Positions 25,101 through 37,100 of a stretch of DNA of 64,000 bases are shown here, one piece after another. The number at the start of each line of letters is the position of its first letter. Within the stretch, counting starts at the first letter, position 1. The DNA comes from Antedon mediterranea. Taxonomy: Eukaryota > Animalia > Echinodermata. Below the pieces are notes generated by a model that did not search any database, was not told where the DNA came from, and was given only the letters and a program-made list of their open reading frames with translations. The DNA is taken from contig NC_092674.1 in assembly GCF_964355755.1 (NCBI RefSeq), positions 7,502,001 to 7,566,000 of the forward strand, read 5' to 3'. A program made the translations under genes and the position numbers.

Positions 25101-28100
25101 TAACTTGTTGTGATCTGTTTGTTAAAAAGTCTTTTATCCAGAGAATGATAGAAGAGTTTATATTCATGTTAATAAGCTTGGACAGGAGAATGTGAGGTTG
25201 TATTGTGTTGAAGGCGGAACTGAAGTCAATGAAAAGAAGGCGTGTGCATGTGTTGTTCTTGTCGAGATGTTGTTGAGTGTTGTGGATGAGAGTGGCTGTG
25301 GCATTGTCTGTCCCTCTGTGTGCTCTATATGCGAATTTGCATTGGATCTAACAGGTGGTCACTTTGATCTTTAACACGCTTACTAATTATTCTTTCCATG
25401 CATTTCATAACCAGGGACGTTAGGGCAATTGGTCTATAATCATTAAGCGTTTTAACATTATTTAATTTGGGAATAGGTACAATCAAAGAGTGCTTCCAAA
25501 TTGCTGGGATAGTGGTTGTACGGAGAGAACATTCAAAAAGTTTCTGAAAGACATGTCCTATCTGAGCAGCGCACTCTTTCAAAAGTTTTCCACATAACTT
25601 GTCTGGGCCACCAGCTTTGTTTGCATTTGTTTTTTTCAGAAGGTTGACAACATCATTCTCTGTGAAGTAATCTGCATCATCAGTTTATACGTCAATATTC
25701 TTGCAGGTATCCGCTAACTGCGACTTAAAGTCATGAGCATCAAACCTACTGTAAAATAAGTTGAGTTCTTCAGCTAGTTGCAGATCATTGTATCCTGATA
25801 AAAGTTTGGGAGGACATGTTTTGTTTGATCCTCCAATTATATATTTTATGTCTTTCCATGCTTTCTTCGTCTGCCTATTATTTATATTCCTTTCTAATCT
25901 GTTTCTGAACTTTTCTTTGCCTCTTTTTACAGCCATATCAAGCCTTTTCTGTGCTTCTTTTAACTTAATTTTGTTTTTACTTGCAAAAGCTAGCTTCTTT
26001 TCTACGATTTATGTTTTTACCTCCTTGGTCAGCCAGGCTTTATTATTTGGATACTGCTTTACTTTCTTGGTTGGTATAGTGATATCTTGGCAGAAGTTTA
26101 AATATGATGTTACTGATTCCGTCATTTCATCAATACCTACAGAAGAGTCAGTAAAAATATCCCAATCTGTCGCTTCCAGGCATCCGCGCAACTTTTCGAT
26201 ATTGTCTGTAGACCATTGTCTAACATACTTTATTTGAATCTTTTCAGTTTTTAATCGTTGTCTGTATAAAGGTAAGAGATGTACGACATTGTGATCTGAT
26301 GACCCGATGCTTGGCTTTACCATAGATTTGTAGGCGTCTTTGATGTTTCCATAGCAGAGATCTATAATATTGTCACCTCGGGTTAGACACGTGACATACT
26401 GCTGAAAATTTGGAAGGATATCATCGAGTCTGCACTTGTTGAAATCTCCTAAGACAAAAATTGGACACTCTGGTGACTTTCTTTGCGCGATGTGGATTTG
26501 CTCAGCGATTTTTCCTCGGCTGCTGTTGATGCATTTCCGTCTGGTGGTACATATACGATTGCTACCTTAACAGAGCCAAATTCCCGTGGGAGGTAGAATG
26601 GTCTCATTGACAAGAAGAGGATTTCAAAATCGGGGGTACATTGACGGTTGATTATATTAACATTTGTGCACCACGAGTTATAAATGTAGGCACAGACTCC
26701 ACCTCCTTTGGATTTGCCTGAGTCATCGGTCCTGTCTGCTCGCACAACAGAGAAACCATCCAGGTTTATAACAGAGTCAGTAATATTTTCCGTCAACCAA
26801 CTCTGCCGCTGGAGGAAAATATCTATCGTGTTTAATATTTTTTAAAGTGGGCGCCGAACGTGAGCAGATAGCTCACTAAAAAATTCCATTGCGCATGACA
26901 TGATTTATTATAGTATGTTAGCACGTGCCGTATACCTGTAGCATAGTAAAGTAATAAAATCGCGTTTAGTGTGCGTCCGATAGAACGCGTTCAAAGTTTG
27001 CGGCAAATTTTGTTGTGAGCCAAGTGTTACTCGTGCCAGTTGGCTCAGCCGAAAGCTTGTGCGCCAGGCTTTAGAGGAAAAGAAACTTGTTGTATGTGTC
27101 ATTATGATTCACACCGGTGCGCAATTCAGCCCAGTAGGCTGCGAGTCACAAGTTATTCCCCTCCATTTACATTTAAAAAAAAAATGTTTATTTGCCTCTA
27201 TATTTTCCAGTGTCTTTCTGTTTTACAAACCATTATTGCATTAACGTAATTGAAGTTGACCTTCATTCAGTATCTCATTACAATCTTATGTATACTGCAG
27301 TATATAATTTTAATTGCAGTTTGCAGTACGTGACATAACAATTAATTATGTGCTATAATTTTATTTTGAATTTCGTAGGATCAATCAAATCTTGCAGAAA
27401 TATACTGTTTGAAAAATCATGAAGGTGAGCTTGAGCTTTGCGAGGGCATAAAAGGAGGCAACAAAGAAAAAGGAACAAACTTTAAAACAGAAGTGAGTGA
27501 ATTCTGAATTTAAAACTGGTCAAAAATATTATTATTAAGGTAGTTAATTATTATTAATGATAATCTTTGTTTAATAATTAGTCATTTGAATAATAGTAAT
27601 TAAAAATTTATTCCCCAAAACATCATAAATAATGCTACATATAAAGCTGCATACTGTATTAAAAAGACCAGCTGTCTGTCGGCTATAATTCGTGACGTAG
27701 CAAATAGTCTTTATTATAGAGACCATTGCTATACCGTGGTCTAACCTTTAAGCGGTTTTAAAAAATAAAGGAGTCTTAAAACAGTCTTAAACCTCTCCTG
27801 TTGCTTGTACGTATTATTAGGGACTTTACGAAACACGACGGAAAGCCATAGGACGGTTCTCATGAATAATTTATGCATGAGCTTTTACAATGTGGGCAGA
27901 GCTTAGCGTGAAAGTCTGTTACTTAATTTTACATTTAAACGATAAAGTTGCCATTTTCCCGTTTATGGAGAACGACTATAAATAATGTAGGCCTTATATA
28001 ACCTTAAATATACAGTTCAAATTACACTTAAAAACATGGAATTTTCAAAACTCTAAATAATATTTGAACTTCTAATTTAATTGTTCAATGAAATAACATT

Positions 28101-31100
28101 TTTATTGGATTAAAATGTTAAAAGTGGCGTTTGAATGCGAGGCCCAAGCTATGAAGGCTAGGCCTATGTTGTATCACCAGAGCCAAGCGACTCAGAAGGG
28201 TCCTGCGATACGAGACAGGGGAGGAAGGGATACTGCCGGTTGACGTCTTCGCGAAAAGGTGCGTAACTAATAAAACGGCTATTTTGACTGTATATGATTT
28301 TACACTCTAGCGAACACAGGATATTCGTCGTCCTCCCCTAACCGACATATTTCGTAAAGGCCCTATTGATCGTGAAAGACAACCAATTTAACAAGTTTTA
28401 AGTGAAAATCAAATGATAAGTGTGGTGTGGACTGTTATTATTGATATGATGATTGATGAGGTGGCTTTATAGAAATCTGCCCCAGATTAAAGTTTGCCAG
28501 TATAGACCAGAAATGATGACAAGTGAAAAGAAAAATCCAAAGGCAAATTACTGAAAAAATGACAATGCTGTGGGTATTAATTAGTTTTATTAGTTACGCA
28601 CCTTTTCGCGAAGACGTCGACCGGCAGTATCCCTTCCTCCCCTGTCTCGTATCGCAGGGTCCTTCTGAATCACTTGGCTCTGGTGGTACAACATAGGCCT
28701 AGGCCTGGGTGTCACGAAACCTAAGACCACGAAAGCTAAGACCCCCTAAGACCTAAGATCACGAAAGCTAAGACCCAAGACCTAAGATTACAAATTCTAA
28801 GATATACTACAGCTTAAAAACAATACTTGTTTATCCATACATAATTTTAAACATAGTAGGTTTCATTTATTACCATAAATATAATTAAATACTACCGCAA
28901 AACATAGATAAACTCACGTTATTTTCGCCCGTTGAGTAAATGTATATTTTTTCTTTACAACAAACAAACTTGACGGATTGTTTGTTGGTATATATTTACT
29001 CCAATTGTGTTGGTTCAGAGGATTTTTTTCTTTCGCACCTGCCTTTCTTGTATTTTGACTCCAAATTTGTTAACTGACTTTATCCTGAATACCACACTTT
29101 AAAATTAGGACTTATAAACTTTCAGAAGGAGAAACACATAAAAACAAATAAATAAATCCTTTAAATTGATGATTTTACAGACGTGTTTCTTTGTATACTG
29201 TAACTCCTCCCATGCTCAATGTTTTTGTTTCTATGGAGCGCCAAAAGAGCAACAATAATAGAACAAGTATAAAAACAGAAAGAAAACGAAAAAAAAAAAC
29301 AAAAAAAACTTATTATCATGATTTTTAAATTAAAATTTATTTGCGAGTATTTATTTCTTCGTACTAGCATGATTATACTATTATCATTACAATTTTAATT
29401 TTACATTGTTCCATCCACACTGTAGATGGACTCCACAGAGTTTTCAGCCCTCAATATAATTTTTGCTCTTTTGACGTTCCATAGAAACAAAAACATTGAA
29501 CATTGGGTAGGCCTACAGTCAAAAAAAAAAAAGCGAAAAGCTAAATCAAAATGTAAAACAGCCAGAAAAGTTAGCAGAGCTTTTTGGGCAACACTAGCCC
29601 TTCATCAGTGCAAGTGCAAGTTAAAAGAAAAATATATATAAGTTGAATTTACCACTAGTTAAATTAATAACATTTACATATTATCATTTTATATCACACT
29701 AGTCTTATTAGTAGGATTAGGATTCTGCAGATGATCAAATCTTCCTTCTTTTTAGCCTCCAAATAAAGTGACCAAAACATGGCAGGATGGCCGATATATT
29801 TTTGTGTTTTCCATTGAGACCGATTGTATCAATAAAGTTGACAGTAAGTTGTCTGCATTTACAGTCAACTCTCCCAATACCGGACACCTTTGGGCTGGCC
29901 AAATATGTCTGGTTTTTCAGAAAGTCTGGTATTCGGATTGTGTTTTTAATGGTAAAAATGAATTGGGGACTGTTTAGACTTCAAGAAAAGTCTGGTATTA
30001 GTAGAGTTTCCGGTTTTCAGAGATTGACTGGGGAGAGTTGACTGTATACTCATGTACCGTATACTGTATTTTTTTTTTAAAAGTTAATTCTGGCTTGTGT
30101 AACGTCTGCTTGAGGGGGAGAAGGGTAATCTGTTGAAATGAGGATGGTCATCTAGCAAAGTTCACATTATACTGTGCTGTATTTTATAAACGCAATACAT
30201 TTATTATGTTTTTTTTTCAGTTAATATTGAATTTCAAAATGAGCATGGATACCTATCAGCAACGCAAAGACCCCTGCTTACTGTAGGTTAAATTGTTTTA
30301 CATTTTTACCACATTGTTACAACAGCCAAACCCTGACACTCCAAAATTTGGTGTCGCCATGAATAAACCAAATTTTACTCATGTTCATAAATTTTACTCA
30401 TGTTCATAAATTTTACTCATTTTCATAAATTTTACTCATTTTCATAAATTTTACTCATGTTCATAAATTTTACTCATGCTCATAAATTTTACTCATGTTC
30501 ATAAATTTTACTCATACATTTTACTCATGTTCATAAATTTTACTCATGCTCAAAAATTGTACTCATGTTCATAAATTTTACCCATGTTCATACATTTTAC
30601 TGATGCTAAAAAAATTTTACTCATGCTCATAAATTTTACTCATGCTCATATATTTTACTGAGGTTCATAATTTTACTCATGACTCATAAATTTTACTCAT
30701 GCTCATAAATTTGACTCGTGTTCATAAATTTTACTTATGCTCATAAATCAAATACTCATACTCGTAAATTTTACTCATGCTCATAAATCTTAATCATACT
30801 TATAAATCTTAGTAGTCATGTACATTTTATGGCATTAAAATCATATTTTCTACCAGTCTTTAGTAATTTCATCACATTTCATTTCCTTTCAATTTCTTAT
30901 GCATCCTTTCCTATGCACACAGCTACAGATATTACATTAAATGTGCCAATTGCTTTTCTGTTAAATTTAAATACAATTCAGGAAATTTCATATCAACCAC
31001 CATCAATCATCACCGCATATAAATCATATAAATTAATTCTAGTTATTTCAAATTTATGCTCTTCATATTTTACAGAGTAAATAACAAATTAAATAATATG

Positions 31101-34100
31101 TTGAATATATATTTTGGATTGACCTTAATTGTAAAATTTACAGAATTGTGTTGTCCTTGCCAGTGTGTTAAATAATAAAAAAAACTGTTTTTATCCATAG
31201 TTTTATGCAGTGATGTGTGCTGCATATGCTATATTAGCAGTGCTCTACCTTGTCATGATGGTTTATCGATGGAGAGATATGCTTAGAGTTCAGTATTGTA
31301 TCTGTGGAGTTATTATATTAGGTAAAATCATTGTTGTCTTCTTTTTTATTTACTTCTCACTAAGATGTACATACATTAATAAAGGTGGTAAACACCTCTA
31401 AAACGGTCCAGTCCCAATTACACAGTGGTAGTACACTGAGGTAACCCCGTACTTGTCTCGAAAAATATACTAGGTTCTTCAAAGTGTACATGAGCTAGAT
31501 GTGTACACTGGACCTACGGTTTATAGTTCTAATCCAAGAAGACTCGTTCTACCACCAGAACCATGGAGTGAATGAGCCTCAAACCTTTGCCGATGTTATG
31601 GCTATGTAGTTACGGTTCCACTGTCTTAACCGCTCGGCCTCTTATCCACTCAAATACTTAATTGACAACATGCCTACAGTACTGTATGACATGGTTGGCT
31701 GAACTAAGGATGGCATACACAAGTATCTAAGGTGCACAGATTTTGTTTAATACACATCTTTTTTGAACCATCATTTCTTTAAAACGGCTTTTAATGAAAC
31801 TCTCAATGAGCATCTATGACCTTTGCTTACACGTAGTTCATATATATTCCTTTTTTCCATGGGGATATAATATGGTTACCTACTTGTGTGTAGAAAAATG
31901 ATTAAATCCATATTGCATTTGGAAATTCATTTAATTTTTTTTATTTCAAGATATAGCACTATAGACTAAGCACTGTGGCCGCTAAAGAAATATGTGAGAA
32001 CTAAAACACTGAAAGTTTTTTAGATTCAACAGCTTCATAGGCTAGTGTTGTGAAAAAAAGAACCTATTAACTGTCCCTATTTACATATTGCCATGAGGAG
32101 AATTCCCTCTTTTTACGAGCATGTAGGCAAGTGCATCTATGGTTTTAGAATAAGAGTTTTGAATAGTGAAAATGATCTTGTTAGGTGTACTATGAACCAT
32201 CTGTTACGATCTTCAAATCTCTTCACTAAATGGGAGAAAATCCTATTTTAGTGTGATTTTCCATTTTGTATTTGTTGTATACAGTATATGGAATATTCTG
32301 AAATAAAGTGATCAATCAATATTTTTCAATTATACTTTAGGCCTCCTTGAGAAAGTAGTGTTCTACTCCGAGTACCAGCACATGAACGTGACTGGTTTCT
32401 CCTCTCCAGGTGCTTTGATCTTTGCTGAATGGGTCTCCTGTCTGAAGAGGACAGTCGCAAGAATGCTTGTTATTATTATTAGCATGGGATACGGAATTAC
32501 AAAGTAAGTTATTACTTTTTGTTAACCTCTGTAATAAATAAACCACTTTTGAGGTTATAGTGTAAAGCTTTGTCTACACTATCAAAATAGTTTGACAAAA
32601 AAAAGTTTGATGTTCCCAAGTATGGTAGTGATGTGACATCATCATGTCCATATATGGTGACATAACATTTTTTTGTCATATAAAGTTTGAGCTTTAGATG
32701 ACTGTACAGTACTTCAGAGGACAAAAATATAATTGCTGCATTACAGTGTAAACGGTTAATGTGAGTGGTCTTTATATTCTTTGGAGCGGAAAGGCAGTAG
32801 TGCCATAAAATGTAGCAATACAATTGGCACAGGTTCAAGGCTCTTCATGACAATATTTCTTTGACAAAGACTTAAAACTGGAAGTCAAGTGTACAGTAAA
32901 CTCTATGAGAGCCCGGAAGAATAGGAGATTACCCTGGTGCACTGGTCCGTCTCAGCTTCTGTTGTTCGTGGTTGTGTCTGCAGTGGGTCTTTCCCCAATT
33001 GAGGATGAATATTAATACAAAATACATAAATGTGGTACAGTAATTATAAATAAACAAACAAAAACAAACAGAAAGCTGTCTATGTTAATGTATACAATTC
33101 ATAGAAAATGGTGTGAATGCAACTCATGCATTTTGTTGCTATTTTTTTTTATTGATTAAACTTATCCGTGAGACAATTAAGATTTGTTTTTACTTTTGTA
33201 TATAGTTTAGATTTCTTTTAGTTTTTTTTTTCTCTCATTATGTTTTCCTTTTTTTGTTTCTTTTTCAAATTGTTATGTTTTGTTTTTGGACCGCTGCACC
33301 GCATGTTGTGAGTGCCACCGATCCAAAGGTGAATGAGTCAACAAATAAATAAATAAATAAAGTATGTACTGTACTGTACCAAGTGCAGATCCAGAGGGAT
33401 AGCTAAAAATTATGAAGTACTGTACTATTTTTTGTTTGAAACAATTCTGGATCTGCACCTGTGTCCGTCCAATTAATTAAACTTAGTTCATTTACAAAAT
33501 CTGTCAACCTTTCATTTTTCTGTTTATTCAGACCACACCTAGGACCTCAGTTGTATCGTGTGATTGGAGTTGGATTTTTATTCTTTGTGCTAAGCTTAAT
33601 TGAAGCTTGTTTGCGTGTACAAGGCGTAAGTTAATTCGTTTTAGAATCTTTATTTAAGTTGTTAGTATAATTATGTGTTTTTTAAAAAAACTTTGATTGT
33701 GATTTATTATTCGAACTGGTCACTTGTCAATTGTTAAATGGTTTGCATTGCATCTACGTCCTTGCGTTGCATCCTAGTGGGAACCAATCTTTATACTAGT
33801 TTATTGTTAATTGTTATGGTCTAACCCATATGTTAGTCCCATATGAATAGTCCCGGGCCGAATCGTCTGTGGCCGAATCGTGTTGGGGGGCCAAATCGTG
33901 TTGGGACCTTATCATCCCACTACTGTTTTGTTTGTCGTGGTCAAGGATAAGCCTGGTATTCTAAATAATAGAGAGATTCAAACAATTCAATACAAACAAG
34001 TATTGCACCCTTTTAAATAACTTGTTGTTTTATTATGTTTCTAGAGTTTACAGCAAGACCTTGTGGCAATTATACCTCCTGCTTTTCTTGATTCATTTAC

Positions 34101-37100
34101 TTTTAGTTGGATATCCTTTTGACAATTTTACTAATATATACAAATAATGAACGTTTATATTCATGGAATGGTACAAATAATGGCATGAGGTGAATAACGA
34201 AAGGATATATTTCAATGAGGAGAAGCAGAGTTGAAATGTAATCTTTTGTCATTCACTGAATGACTCTTTTTACCATCCCACGAATGTAAACATTCATTTT
34301 TTACTCGGGGTACCCGAGTCTAGGACTTACTCATTTTCTCCTCTTCTTCCTCCATCTGGACACTATTAAGTAAAAAGTGCGATTTTTAAAGTACTACTCC
34401 TCCCTTATTCGTTGTAATATTGAGCTGGGATTTGGCATGAATATACTACAGGGACATGTCCTCAAAGCTATAGAGCCATATTTTTAAATTTCAAACCGGA
34501 TGCAGCCATATCACGTCTCAAAGATGGTACCGTATAGCCGTATTTGGTAGAGGTTATTGATGTGTATGTGGCGTCATATCCCGTCATATGACATAATTAC
34601 AGCTTCTTTTGCTGCACCCCGAGTATCGCACATTCGTGCTTTTTTGTTAATTAATTTGTTTAATTAAGAAGCCACAATGTGTGACACACACCACAGCGTT
34701 ATGTAGTTATATGCGGCTTCTTGGCGTAGTGGTTATCACGTCTGTTTAACACGCAGAAGGTCCCCGGTTCGAGCCCTGGCGAAACCTTTTTTTTTTTAAA
34801 CTTTATGGTGAAAAGTACTGTATACGCAATATGATATACAGTATATCTTATTTTTATTATTTTAAAAAATATTTATTTTGTGTAATCGGTAATTATCACT
34901 TTTACACATGTTTATCTTGCTTTGTGCTTATTACCATAATAAGTTATTTGTAATTTAAATGGATTAAAAAACTTTGTGTACTCCACATTTTTGGTGTAAG
35001 TGGTTTCGTAGTGTAGTGATTATCAAGTCTTCTTAACACGCAGAAGGTCCCCGGTTCGAGCCCTGGCGAGACTATTTTGCTTAAACTTTATGGTGAAATA
35101 TACTATATACGTAATATGATATAGAGTATATATCTCGTTTTATTACTCGGTGTACCTGAGTCTAGGACTCTAATCTTTTCCTCTTCTTCTTCCATCCAGA
35201 CACTATTGAGCAAAAAGTGCGATTTAAAAAGTACTACTCCTCCCTTATTCGTTGTAGTATTGAGCTGGGAATTTGGCATGAATATACTACAGGGACATGT
35301 CCTCAAAGCTACAGAGCCGGATTTTTAAATTTCAAACCGGATGCAGCCATATCACGTCTCGAAGATGGTACCGTATAGCCGTATTTGATGTGTATGTGAC
35401 GTTACATCCGGTCTTATGACGTCATTACAGCTTCTTTTGCTGTACCCCGAGTATCGCACATTCGTGCTTGTTGTTTGTTGTGTTTTGTTTTGATCGTCCA
35501 ATCAAATGACAGGAATTTATTTAGGTGTTATATAATACTATTATTTTATTTACTAATTTACTAGTACTAAAATTTTACTATTTAAGATTACTATTAAATC
35601 CTATTGACCATTTTGCTTTAAATTACAGTTTTTTCAGGTAAATAATTTGTTTTTTGGATCCAATTTTAGGTCAAACTAATATGTGACATTAAGATGGCAT
35701 TTTCAGCAAAAACATTTATAAAAATGTTTTTTTTAGTGGACAATACATCTTTAACCCTTTGCATAAACATAAGACAATTTCTTTTGTTTATGTAGGAAAA
35801 ATACATATTTATCGTCAATCATTTTCGTCCTAGTATAAATCAGTTATGTTTGAATTACTAAAAAATTTTTGAGATTCCAGTTTCTGTATGTTTTGGTCAA
35901 GAAAAATTCTAGTAAATTACTTGATCCGAATTTTATTTTATAAAATAAATTTGTATTTTCTACTGTAGACTGTACATCAAGACCTTGTGGCAAGTGTTCC
36001 TCTTGCTTTTCTTGATTTATTTATCTTTTGCTGGATATCCTTTTGACAATTTTACTATTTTTATGAACTATCGTTCCCAGACACAGACATCTCCATATGG
36101 TGAACTGGGACAAAAGTGTAGGCAAACGGCAAAGGTTTTTCAGTTTTAAATGAATGTTGTATACGTTTCTTTATAACGTACAACATATTAACCATCTGCA
36201 TACACCGCCTTCATAATCAAATGAGTATTAATATGCAAATTAGCTATAAAACCCCATATTTTCACAATATCTCCAAAACTAATATTCCATTCATTACCAC
36301 TTTTGTGGCAAACCATTTATTAAAGTAAAATGCTAAGCATTTTCATTGACCAATTATCATGCATGTGTAAAAGGTGAATAGGCAATTTTAGTCATGCTTA
36401 AATGATTTTTGTCAATTTTTACCATTTAGTTAACTACAGCATAGTAGAATAAAGTATGTTAATTATATGACTCGGATTACTGTCCTTACATATATATTCA
36501 CATTGTTAAAAACATGAGGAACACAAGAAAAATATTGCTACGCCGTAACCTTGCCAAGTTCTCATTGTACCGCCATTTCACCAACTGTTTTGTTTTCAAC
36601 ATCGTTGCATCCATTGTTTTCCTTGTTTGGTCTTTAAAGGAGCATAAAGCATCTGTTTGTGTCACTGTAAGTGTTTATATTTGACATTTCACTAGCATTA
36701 TTAGGTTAAGAGAAGTAATAATATTTTGAGTGAGGGGCTGAGCAGCTAAATAAGACAGTGGAACCATAATTACATAGCCATAACATCCGCATGTGTTTGC
36801 GGCTCAATTGCTCCATGGTTCTGGTGGTAGAACATATTAAGGCAGAAAAAGACTTGGAGCACGGGTAACTGCTAGTACTATTTAATAATGTAACAGTTGT
36901 TCTTATTATTGTTTGTTCTGCTTATTACATTTTTTTTGTGGTAATTTTAGAAATGGAAAACCCTTTGGTTAGATGATGCATTCTGGCATATTCTATTTTA
37001 CATCATGTTGGCCATTATCATTATTTTGTCCAGCAACCAACATTATGCTTACTCACCACTTACTGATGACCTTGATGGCGATGATGAGAAAAAAGATACT

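Noticed and set aside
24257-26237. + strand ORFs of 88-158 aa
   Set aside because: Antisense shadows of the Rex1/Babar LINE ORF2.
34111-34125. Reading exon 11a/11b through ATATCC as W-I-S-F-stop (truncated protein or pseudogene)
   Set aside because: ATATCCTT is a U12 donor, and the AT-AC splice to 36502 restores the conserved frame.
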